The position numbers and the translations under genes were made by a program. Below are positions 37,101 through 49,700 of a DNA stretch of 64,000 bases, piece by piece. Within the stretch, counting starts at the first letter, position 1; every line of letters begins with the position of its first letter. Source of the stretch: Ascidiella aspersa (Eukaryota); assembly GCA_963924565.1 (NCBI GenBank), contig OZ004608.1, forward strand, positions 9,176,001 through 9,240,000, in the 5' to 3' direction. The notes under the pieces were generated by a model. That model saw only the letters and a list, made by a program, of their open reading frames with translations. It was not told the DNA's origin and did no database searches.

Positions 37101-39284
37101 ACTAATGTATAACCACGCAGTTTTGGAGTTAGACTTGGCGAGGTAAAAGTTATATAAAGACTTCAGTGATAGTCTGAAAGCCTCACAACTATTTCTGACA
37201 ATACTTTATGGTTCAGTGCAGCTTGTCACGTCCGAAAACTCGTATTTTTATCACCTAATTCCTGTAATTATGTATGTTCACAACCGTGCTTAGCAACGCG
37301 TAACACATGTTAGGAGGCATAGCGGCGCCGTGATTAACACCTTCAATGGATGCTTATTTTTTTATAAGATTGCCCCTAGCACCCCACTGCTGATGGCCCT
37401 ACACTAAAAAGTGAACAGGTGACTTTTGAGTGGGGTTTGTATTAATAGTAAGACCCTGTTACTTAGAACTATTGCCTTGGATAACCTAAGCCGATGACAC
37501 GTAGTACACTATTGTAATCTTTTTGTCGCAAACTGGAATGACGTTTCTAATGATATCGATAACGGGGTTTCAGTGGAGCTCGAAAGAAGGTGTTTCTACC
37601 AACTAAACTTTAATCACAGCCAGGCAGGGGCGTTTTTTTATGAAAATCACTGTCCTTTAATCAGTTTTTCAACATCCAAGGAGAAAATTGAAGGTAGATA
37701 TAACGCTCGGTGTATTTTGGTGAAGGAAGTGATTTTCCTATTTCCTTTGAGAGAGCCATTATGTAGGACAAGTAAAGTATAAGGTAACTATGTATTGCCT
37801 GTAGTATTAATATTCTGCGTTCCCGAATCCCATATTCTTGTTTCCATAGTGGAGATCTTTTATCCGGGATTCAAGTGTTGTCAAGCACGAGACCGACACT
37901 TCCGATATGAGCAGTCCATACACACGCACAGCAAACAATACAACCACGTCCGAATTGAAGTTAACATAAGATAAAGGGTTTCGAGAACTTCCCCCTTTGC
38001 CTTTTTGATCCTAATATTACAACAGAAGTCACGTTTTGTGTGTATTCCGACAGAATAAACACCCGGAGGGAAGGTTCTGCTGTGAAAACAACGGCTTAGC
38101 GTTCTCGAGAGTTGCGGGCTTATTGTTTTCATTGAGGTTTTACAGACCTCATATACTCGAAGAGACCACGCGGAAGTATGACAGACATTTGGTTTACGCC
38201 CAGAATTTATTGCATATGGTTCATAAGTCATAACCCATATGAAATAGTTAAATTATTTTGAGTATTTTCCCACCTCTTATGTTTAGATGGCTATTCTTGA
38301 CGTTTTTTTTTGTTTGACAAAATCCACAAACAGTAAATTTGGTAAATTTGCAACAATATCTAAATGTAAAACTTTGGCGGTCGCGTATTAAATTTAGTAT
38401 ATGCAAAGGCTAATGTGTTCTATATTGGCAAAGTAGCTTCTTGTTCGGAAACTTGCAAAAGTTAAGAGTAGCTTAGTGCAATCTTCCTCTATTTAATTAA
38501 CATCAGGTGATTCGTTTGTACAGCGGTGGTCCAGATGCTGGACCATAGTCCGTATTTGTGTGGTTCAAAATCAGTGTCCGAACCTATAGGCTTGACTTAT
38601 AAGGTCCAGGGATTTAAACTACTTCCAAATTTGCTCACCTGGCTTCAAGTTTTTTCGACGAAAGCATCAACAGATAATTGGAGAGCTGCTTCTTTTCAAA
38701 CCATCAAAAGAAAAGCTGCAAGGGTGGACCGCGGCATTGCGAAGTGCAAATAATCAAAGACCCAAAGGGCCCGTAATTGGCTTGCTGTCATTAGGCATCG
38801 ATTGGTGCCCTGTCTTCAAAAGTACTCGAAGCCACCCGAAAACCAGTTTGGACTTGGTTATTGTTAATCCCCGCGCGGGCCGGCATCTCTGCGTTCAAGT
38901 AGAACGAGCAAGCGAAATGACCAGTATCCCCGGCCCTCGACTTGTCTCACATAATTGTTGTCGGCTGAAGGGCCCGTTCATCTGCTTTCACCCTTTAACC
39001 CTCGGCTTAGGGCCGCGTTCAAAAGACTTGCCAGCTAAGTGGGACGAAAGTTTTTCTGGCGCGTGTAGCGTTCGGGTAGCAATTGTTCAGCAACTGGTAA
39101 ATTCACACTTGCTAGGTTCCAGCTTGACTTTGTAGATGGCTTGCTGTTGATGTTTTAACCTAGGTCAGATCACACATATCGATGGTTATACTCGGTTTGG
39201 CACATAGTTGACTATAGCTGTAGTATGGACTTTGTAGACTAGCTTTAATATATATCAGTTTACTCCATCTAATGTGTGTTGAAG

Positions 39285-39529
39285 CAGTGTTTCTTAATCA
39301 GGTTAATGGTTCACCCCAGGGTGAATAAACTTTTTGCAGGGGTGGACACACCAAAAGGGTGAATAAGGGTTAACCGCAAGAAATGGATGATAGCTTGCGA
39401 GCAGGGCGGAAATTTCGGCTGTTGTTATATATAGACGAGTTAGTTTGATAATAGCATGAGATAAGGGTGAATAAAATCTGGAGATAGAAGCTAGGGGTGA
39501 ACAAAACTAAACAAGTTTAAGAAGCACTG
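39285..39529. mobile_element. hAT-type MITE
   Basis: TIR cagtgtttcttaa / ttaagaagcactg; TSD tgttgaag / tgttaaag; GGGTGAA subterminal repeats. Confidence 0.8.
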
Positions 39530-40796
39530 TGTTAAAGAACCGATTCAAGTTTGTGTTATTTTATTTAGTAGTTGCCGTCGATCAATTTCTAGATTGGTTT
39601 TGCTTTAGAATATATTACTACAAGAAAAACTAAATACTTTACGGAAAGTTTAGTTTTTTGTCGAGACACTTCCAAGTGTCATTTATACGTTGTTTAGCCA
39701 TAGTGTATATTCTTAGCGCGTGTATTAGCCCAACCATACTTATGTCGGGTAGCAGGTGTAATTTTTTTCGTTCGCTCAGCGTTTATTTATTCAATATTTG
39801 TGCGAAAAATTGTTAGGGAGAATTGCCAACAGCTTCAAGTTTTATTCCCAGACAGCACTTGTGGGTGCGAGTCATGGCCTCGCGACAAAAAAACGGGCTC
39901 GTTCGTCTATTTCTGTGGCGTCTAGTTGGGGCTTTGCAATCACTCGTTGTAGTGCTCGACTGGAAAGTGTAGTTATGTGGTTCGCTGATTGTCCTCGTGG
40001 CCTGTCGTGGGGGCGAATGACACATCGAGCCGCCGGATTAAAGTAAACTTGTCGGTGGGTGAAAAGGCATATTCACACGGTCCTGCCTTTTAGCCGAGTG
40101 TTGTGATTATTGGGAATGAATATAGAGAGTGACAGAGTATGATCACAGTCTCACAGAGCGATTGTGTAGATATCACTACTCAGTTATTTTGCGATTGTGA
40201 TCTCTTCTGTATTCCTAAAGCTGTGGTTAACCCTGCATTTTCAACACACAGGTTAGCCTTTCAATAACTTTAAGTCTGGTGAAAACCTTATTGGGAACAG
40301 GTCGAAATGGCTGACAGAATTATCGCTGCCCTGGAGTATTTGGACGCACACACATCGTATGTCTTGCAGAAGCATAAGCACGTAAGTAAATAGCGTTTTG
40401 GAAGCAATAACTGTTAGTGAGTAATGTTCCGCCAATTAAATATTTGGATCTTTAACATTAATCTAGATTCCGCTACTGTCTCCTGCCTTAATTTTTGTAA
40501 TGTTTTCGTAAAATTAGCAAGCCTTGTCCCATTGTTTCGTATTATGTTATTTACATATCCGCCGACACACAGGTTTCTAAGCAGTCATCAAAAAATGTAA
40601 TGTGAAGCATGCGACACAGGGATATCATTATAAATTTGCAGCTTGTTTCGTAGGTGTAGCATTCTCAAACGACACAATAACTTATTCGTTTCGCGCAACC
40701 TTTATCAATCATTTCGCGATCTGGTTAAACGCTTTGCGAAAATCACTCCCAACCAGCATCGAAACGAATGTGTGCCAAGCCGTAAAAATTGAAAAC

Positions 40797-43700
40797 ATGG
40801 CAAAAGGTTTACGACGTGAATTGAGCGCGTCCCGTAAAACTTCGCAACGACCTTCGAACGCCTTGGCGTACCAGTCCGAGCACGTCGCTGGATTTAACAA
40901 CCGAAAGTTGCAGCTGTAGGCGTGCAAAATGTTTCACGTGAATATATCGGTCAGTATCTGGTTGCAGCAGCCAATGGCATGGTATTTTAACCAAGAAGTT
41001 AAATAGATGCGTGACTAGAGGAGTGAAGGTTTTAGAATATTTTACTTTTTTTAGTAAGTCAAATAGATGCGTGACCAGGATTTGAGGTTGTAAAGATAAT
41101 ATTTTTCTTAAGCAAAATGTTAACGGTAGCAATAATAATAGCATCCCTTCTTTAACATATTGGCACCATGCATATAACTAAAAAGTAAGGTCATATACCA
41201 AAACAAACTATTTTATCAGGCCGAGACTTGTTTAGATTTTGAAATAACATATATGGTGCACTATAGGTTTAGAATTTTGAGCCTTTAAAGGTTTAGTTTG
41301 GTCCTTCTATAAAAATATACGGCAATTCGATTGGAATGCTTTTTGTACCCTATGAACTAGAACATGGGTAGGGACATTCGTCATCACTAAGCAAAGTTTA
41401 CCAAGAATCAACGTCAGAAAACGTGATCGCATGTTTCCGTCCGTTCGACTAACAGACGTAAGTCGAAAACGCCCTTCACGCAGAAATTCCTTATTCGCGC
41501 CTTTTTAAAGCCGCTACATTTCCGTCAAATGGCCGATGACACATTTTCGCAAAGCTAGCGTCAGGTTTAATGAAGATGAGATACATATTTTAAGAGCCCA
41601 AAAAAGGACGTGTTTACGGTTTTCCAGGGGCACCAACTATGGCAGTACTTTGCGTGCGCTAAAAAATAGAAAAATCTAAAGTTGTGTGAGTTGCGTTTTG
41701 CGCTAGTTCTCCTATAAATTAGACGCTTGTTACCTAACGAGTAGTCCACTGTACAAATTCTAAATATTTTCTTAATAAACGTATAAGAAATAATAAAAAA
41801 AATAAAGTTAAAAATATTCGATGCTCAACACGCACAATACACAGTGTCATTATTTAAACAACTCAGACATTGAATTTCTATCGTATCGCACGCCAACGTT
41901 CCATTAACACTCTTGGCCTTTCCGATAGCGCTCTCTGGGCGACATCGACTCCAAATACGAGGTCATTGACCCCACCGAGGTGCCTCCGTCCGTTGCCCTG
42001 CGCGACCAGATCCGACTGCTCGGGATCAAGCGAACCAACATGTCGCGGCAGAAGACCGTCGATCAAATCCTGGACGAGGATCGCGAGAGAGTCGTGCAGT
42101 CCGCCAGAACAAGGTTTATTTTTTTAAAGTATAGTTAAGGGCATATGTGTATTGTTACTGAGCTTATTTTTATGGGCAAGTGTATAGCTGCAATCTTTAT
42201 ACGCTTTCTGAGTTATGCGTGCGGATAGAATGAAGCATGCAGTCATCCTTTTTAGGGTCGTTTCACTATGGGCTTGTTTACTTGATTCAGTTTGTTACCC
42301 CGATTTTACCCTTTTAAGCCTATTGAAACTTTTCCACGAATATTTTACATTGATGAACAGATGAATTCTCGTTGCCATACGTTTTCAACAAATGTTTAAA
42401 GCAATGTGTGCCAAAGTTCTAGTTTGCTTAATTTATCTATTACGCGACCCTCAGTTTGGGAAGCCCAGAGTCAATGTTTCGGTTAGGTGAGGTCGTGAGT
42501 TCGAACCTCACTGCAGGATAGAATTTTCCATAGCCTTTACTAACTTAAAAAATACTTGCGGTACATATTAAAAAATCTTAGATCTTGCGTAAATTAAAAA
42601 GCGTTTTGGTTGGAGATGCAACTAATATGGTCAATGGTCATGCAAACGTCAAACGTTTGTCAATTTGATAAATCTACCATACTCTCTTTATTACACGCAG
42701 GTATGGATTTTCAAAAATAGCAAGTCCCAAAATTGTGTTCCACGGTATTCTCAATTAAAATATTGTTATATTATAAACGTCCTATGCAGGCAATCGGTAA
42801 TTGGTACGAGATGCTAAAAAAATAACTCCTGAATTTGAAAGTGAAATTTGATGTTTAGTGCTGCTCCTGTAATTTTCCGTTTCCGCGTATCCAGAAGACA
42901 AAAATATCCTAATATCCGGGAAAATGCACCTTACGTGTGTATTGTACGTTGGATTTGCTAGACTTCAAAGAGTTGCTGTACCCTAGGAAAAACAATTTTA
43001 TTTCGATCAAGGGCTTTCCAAGTTCGCCAAAATTGAAAGGTGTAGGTTAACATAACAATTCAAATCACAGTTGCCCTAACAAAACCGTACAGTCGTACAG
43101 CCAACAACATGTTGTCATTGCCAAATCGGCTTGCTTTGATTCGTTTTTGCGGAATTTCATTTTCTCCGGCCGCTCAGTCCAAATGAACGCCCTCTCCCCC
43201 CTGAGAGTTTGCGAGTTTGTTTTTGTTGGTCTGGTAAAAGCCTGTCCTCGTGTCTCCATTGTTCATTTTGGTCATGTAGAACCTGAAAGGCCCGTTACGT
43301 CCGACCGCAGAACCTCCCCAGACAATACTGAAATGCAGAGGAAATTATATCTGAGGAAATTGATCCAGACTGGGGACTTGAACATATAAATTATGCAACC
43401 AGTTGCTTTGATGAATGGCTATTTTTTTGGCTTTAGGAGAAGTGCTTTACCTTCGTTTTTTCCCAGGTGGTTATACGTCGGCCCTAGTTTAAATATCCTC
43501 TTTGTAGTTAATCTTTAAATCTAAGAATAGTTATGAAATAGGGGAATTTTTCACTGTTCCCTAACTTGCTTTTCTGAAATTCTTACAAAACAAGAAAAAT
43601 TGTTCGATGTTTGACAACCATTTCAATTCTGGGTTTAGAAGTTTCAGATTTTTTACCACAAAGTAAACACCAGACCAATCGAAATACTTTCTACCCAAGT

Positions 43701-46700
43701 GGGTGTACCAATTATTGGAAAAGTGAATTCTTCTACGCTAAAATGGAAATATGCTAGCCCCGTTTCTAATGCCTTAAAAGCTTTATTGTTGCGACACAAA
43801 CAGCACAGTCGGCGAGTTCTTAAACTGGCCAACTTTATTGTGTGGCAGATTACCAGCAACCGCAAGCCATTCTTCCAGTACCCCATTCACATTACGGGTA
43901 TGCTTGTTGTGGCCTTTACATACACCTGTGACTAAATCCCGCTTCAGCTTGGATTTAAGACCATGACAGGACAAAGCGCCTGGATTACATGGCCACAACA
44001 AAAGCAAATGGCGCTTTTTTAGCGTGGTTTAGTGCTGTTTTTATCCCAATATATCCAAATATTACTAATATAGCACAAGACAGGATTAGGAAAACACATA
44101 GTCGCCGTTTGAATTCCTGGTGGTAAAGCAACATTTAAAACATATCTACAACAAAGAGCAAAGTAACAACATTTGCACAACTGCCGATCTTAAACGGTTA
44201 AACTCGGAGAAAACCCCCAGCAAAAACAATCTGGCTTATTAAGTCATGCAAAGGTGATGCAAAAAGAGAATTGATGCAAAGGCCAAAAAAAAAATTGGGT
44301 CGCCGGTTGTAGTAGATATGATTAGATTTATTGAGATTGGTTTCTCAATAGTTGAGAAACCTGCAAAAGTGCGAGGACATGGCTAATATTAACAAAATTT
44401 GAACTTATTTTTGCCAATTTCATGCTTTGTTGATCTACACAAAGTTCAGTGAAGAAAGTTTGGCTTGGTTTGTGTGTTGTACTTATGCTCACTATTGGGG
44501 TCGCCGCAAATCGAGGTTGAGAATCACTGAACAAATAACAGTTTAGTCAAGAAGTTTGGGTGATAGCAATTGAGTTTGGGGTTCGTTATTTAACCGCCTC
44601 AAGCTCTTGTGTCGCGTTGTGGTACGGAAGTAAAAAAAGTTCTTGACCCGCGAATCTACCGAGGCCGATTCGCGACAAATACGTTCTTGGTTGCTCCTGG
44701 AAATCCAACACCGCCGTATTTCTCTGCAAGTTTTACCAAGCATTCGTGAGGTTGAAGTTTTACCCAGTAGCCTTTCTCGCCGGTTTCTTTCAGCGCTAAC
44801 ATTCTCAGAAGCCAGGTGCAGATTTCAAATCGCTCTGTTTTGTGAAACTGCGGCTTGTCCGAGTATAGGCATATACTGTTTCCCTGAAGTCAGGATAGCA
44901 GACCTCGGCGTTGCCTTTCCTTTTGTGATGCACTTCTTGTGTGTAGACGAATGCCTGAAAGCGACACCGCAACTTTGAAAGTACAACTTCAAGCTATGTT
45001 GTAATATGCCCAACGAAACCGTGATATCGCTCAACAGGTGTGAAAGTAGACATGTTATGGCTGGCCTTTCGTTGTGGATATCGGACGCGGAACGATACAC
45101 TACGAACGAGCGCAAATTGGACAGAGTCATCAACACAAATGCCATTATGGTGTAAGGCGATTGTCCCTAAGTTTATACTAACAACACAAGAAACAACTAA
45201 CTATACATATAGTAGGCCAGTTGGCCTTTTTTAAGTAGTCGACTCCCTTTTTCCGCCTCATATCGTATGTCGGCTGTTTCTAAGTGGCCAATACTTTTGG
45301 GCCAAAGGCAGAATTGCGCACAAACGTGTTGTCGAGAAACTAAGCGGACGTGTAAACTGAACTATTGTTTTCAGTCAAACCCCTAATCCTTACCAAAGTA
45401 TGTCGCCTAGTTTGACGCCTTGTCTCTTTCGACGGCTGAGGTTTCAAGCTACTGTGAAATAAACACCGTTAATAGGGTATTGTTGAAGACGAGTGTACAG
45501 CCCGCCCCCAAAGTATGGGGTTGGCGCGCCCATCTTTGTCTCTGCCCTGACACCGGCTTGTTTACTGTTATCGTGTTGCCGTAACGTGGTCTGTTTTAGG
45601 GCATTGCATTTCGTCGCGCTGTCTTGCCAAGGAATGTGCGTTTATCGGCCAGCTATATGGCTTTCAAAATTTTGTGGTTGCCCGTTCATTGGCATTAAAC
45701 AGTTCGCAGTATCTTTTGGCGTATTTGTATTACATGAACCGAAAGTTCAATCCTTCATTTTTTTTGTTTGAAATATAAACACCATAAAATTATTACGACG
45801 CCATTCAAATTATGAATTTTTAACCTCAACTCGATAACCAAAAATAACCTCCTACCTGAAAGTAGTTTTGTTACCCTTAACAATGTGACCATAGTCTATA
45901 GGTCAGTGGCTACCAAACTTTTTTATTCTGTGGCCCGATTTTTTTTATAAAACATTATGTGGCCTATACCATGTCTCGTCAACAATTTTGTACGCCCTTT
46001 ATGGCCTATCAGCCAAATGAGATATCCTGTGTGATGTGCATATAGCGAAAGTTTTGTGTATTTCCCACTTTCGAGCGATTACACAATGATTAACAACAGC
46101 CCAGTGATTTAAATGTTTATGTTTCTAATTACATTTAACAAGGCGCTTACGATAAAATGCGTTGGTTTGGTTTAAAATTGAGAGAGTCAATGTTTTCTTA
46201 ATTTTGATATCAATAAGACCAAAAAATCACGGTAAGTTTGGTAAACAAGATAGGATTAAAAATAGTTTGTTCAAAGCTCTTTATTTGCCAACAGAAGCTA
46301 TTTAAAAATTTCAGGTCGGCGCCGTCCAGAAAGCGAATCAGCAACTTTCGGCCGCTCACCTCCAGTTCCTACGTGGCCAACTCGGCCGGCGGCCCGCGTC
46401 GGCGCCGCGTCACCGGTCCCCGTTCCGCAATGACGTCATCTAGTACGTCACTGAAGAAGATGGCCTTCACGACGCCCGGCGTCAAAGTGGCCCCGAGCGA
46501 TGCCAGGGACGAGGTTATGGAGGAAATTGTGAACAAACCCTTGACGCACACCCCTGCTAAGGTAAGCTGTGAAATTGTTGCATGGAATATTTTATCGTTT
46601 GTATGTGCGTTATTGTTTCTATATTTTATCGTTTGTATGTGCGTTATTGTTTCTATATTTTATCGTTTGTATGTGCGTTATTGTTTTTTATATTTTATCG

Positions 46701-49700
46701 TTTGTATGTGCGTTATTGTTTTTTATATTTTATCGTTTGTATGTGCGTTATTGTTTCTATATTTTATTGTTTGTAAGTCTGTTTTTCTTTCGATTTTTTA
46801 TTTTTACTCACAATCTTGTATAGCTTTTCCACTTCTGCACTTCACCATTCACGTTTTACTTCTTATCTTATCACTTTTTCTGTTGGTTCACTAAACTAGT
46901 ATCAAGAGGCTTACGATCGAGCAAATATCAGATTCTGAAAGATTTCCAAATACCTAGGCGTCTGGATCATTTAACATATCACCTCCGGTTGAAAAGCATT
47001 ATTCTAGAATCTAGATTTTCATAAAAAACAACGAAATTTAAAATAGTCTTTCTTTGCAATTAACCCACCTTTGCGAATTTCAGCATCAATCCAGAAACCT
47101 TAACAGCAAAGTTCGACCGGATACAACGTCATCACTTCCGGGACGCGTCGTCACGGTCGGCTGCAAGTCGATCAACAGCTCCCTCAAGCGAGCGCAAACC
47201 TTTCACGGAAAATCGTCTCCCAGGAGCCACCTAGCGGCCGAAAATGGTGGCGACGCGTGGCAGAAAAAACCCGGACCATTTGCGACTGTCAAGGTATATA
47301 TTGGCAAATTAAGACTTTTTGCGGTTTTAATTTCATATTTGTAGGTTCGTATACTTATAATTGATGGGCCTTCTTATGTTAATTCCACCTATAGAGATAT
47401 CCTACTTATCTTATTTCCACCTATAGAGATATTCCTGTTATCAAACCGATGCCTGGCCTGCGAAGCACTGTTGGATTATAGAGATGGTTAACGTTTAGGG
47501 TTTGATCAACGAAATATAAGTGAGCATATTGAAAATGTTTGTTTGTATTTAGATTTTTCCGATTACACCAGTTTTTTTCGTATACACCTTTAAGTTCCAA
47601 CTGGATATATCCTATGTTACTAAACCGAAGCCTAAACCCTATGCTCGGATACAAGACTTATAAAGCCGTTTCTGCAATAAATGCTTTTCCGCCAAGTGTT
47701 TTTACTTTAAAAGGTATTTAAAAAAAGAAAAATAACAATCCATAACTACAAGCCTTTTTTCTTATTTAAATATAAGTTTTTCAACACCAAAGCAAATTTT
47801 GGCATATGCCTACCCGGAAAACATTACCTCTGTATACCTACCCTCTGTATAATTCAAATCAATTTTGATCATACCGATGGTGTCACTAAATATTGGGTCG
47901 AAAGGCATTACGTTTTGCCTATTATATAGCCTATAGATATAGATAAAATAATATAAAAACCTTCATAGTTTAACTATTGAGTGTACCGCCTTGGTTTACC
48001 GGTGCAAGCTGTTTTATTTTATGTGCTAAAACGTAGAAATCACTTTAAAATGTTTTGCTGCTGTAGCTACTAAAAACCTATGCCACAAAAAGAAATCAAC
48101 TATTTTATTTTATATGCCCAAGGAATCAACTATTTTATTTTGTATGAATTTCTTTTGAGCGGTACCTATACACTCTAAAGTTGACAGGTCGTCCATAATA
48201 AAACTAATTTACTAAGTATATTTACAGAGGCCAATGAGATTCCCTATACTTTCTCTATGGCAAAATAAAGTCACCAGATGTTTCTCATTTAATTAGAACA
48301 AATTAAATATAAAATTATTAGTGAAAACAGGCTGAAGAAAAAGCACAGTTTACACTTTAGTATATTGTTTACTATGGTTCACATAGAATGTGCGACAGTT
48401 ATTGATTTGCATCACATTCAACACATATTTACATTGAAAGACTTATTTACGTTTTGTAGCACTTATTCAGTCTAGTGAGGAACAATTACGTAACAATGCG
48501 CACAATGTGTAAATATATTTCGTGTAACAACAAATCTACATAAAATCAAAAAAATACTATGACTGCCGGCTCCAACATATACAACGAATGTTTATACGCC
48601 GTAAGACTAATGGTACTTTGTAATACCGTGTCCTGATGCTTTATTTAGTGTGAAGATCAACAACAAAAAACAATGTGCATATAAATGTAAAAAGCAACCA
48701 TTGATGCTTCTTTTCAAAGCTTAAAAAAGATCATGGTGCTTTGACACTTTTTACATTCAACGAACATCAACTTCGAAAAGTTGTAGCACCGTTTTACTGT
48801 TGAATTAGGCGCGTTTCCTCCGTAATATTGTTGTTGTCTGGCAGCGCATTTTGAAACTCAATCCGTTTGTTGTTGGACGAAAGGGCAAAGCACAACGCAA
48901 AACCCACCAGAATATTTAAACGCATGAAAACCAAGACGCCAAGAGCGCCCCACTGATTGAAAACGGCTCTACCAGCAATCCCGTACAAGATTCCCAGCGG
49001 AGTCTGTATTCCGCTCATCCAAACGCCCACGAAGCTTTCGTCCATCGGGAAGGTCGTCTGCATAACTACGTCATACAAGGTCACCAGGGCGAATTTCTGC
49101 GCGCCCACGGATAGAAAGTTCATAACGCACAACGCCGGGTAGACGGGAAACAGCCAACTTAAAAGAAAGCCGAGCGAGAACGCGAGGTAAATAAGCGACC
49201 CGAAGATAGCGATGAGCTTGTACTTTTTGTACCTGTTGACAAATGCGCCGGCCACAAGCGAGAAGAGGGCTCCGCCGCCTGTACTCGCCACAATTAGGTA
49301 GGCCCCGCTTTGATCGACCGTCAAGCCGCTGGGCAAGGCGTCAGCAATCGGCCTTACAATTTGCGACACCATTAGGAACATGATGGTGTTGACTTGAAGT
49401 TCAATGCCATAGATGAGCGACGCCAAAACGAAGGTTTTATTCTTGAAAAGACTCTTAGTCGCTTGTAGGAAGTCCGTGAGCTTCCGTGGCGCAGGACTCT
49501 GCGAATCTTGGTTAATTTTTCTGGCCGCTTGAGCTTCTGTTGGCGGCAGTGGCGGTACATCTGTCATGTAAATGCAAAGGAATACGTTCACCAGTACTGC
49601 CAGCGCCAAAAGCGCAATGTACAAGATAAACAACCCTTTCCTTTCGCTCTCAACGCCAGAATCTGTCCGAATAACCGTCACTGGCAGAAGTGCGCCCATT

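Noticed and set aside
38526-39135. Adjacent 75- and 132-aa ORFs upstream of gene 3
   Set aside because: No ATG context, homology or splice signals that fit the gene model.
43065-45771. Short ORFs on both strands in intron 3 of the uncharacterised gene
   Set aside because: No recognisable motifs, coding-like codon bias or phase-consistent exon chain; a decayed pseudogene cannot be excluded without a translated search.
46587-46775. Regular 34-35-bp repeats resembling a CRISPR array
   Set aside because: Head-to-tail repeats without unique spacers, eukaryotic intron, no cas genes.
46238-46894. 218-aa ORF with a hydrophobic repetitive C-terminus (and ORFs 46569, 46582)
   Set aside because: Only 46315-46561 is exon; the rest is read-through into the 34-bp minisatellite after a strong AAG|gtaagc donor.
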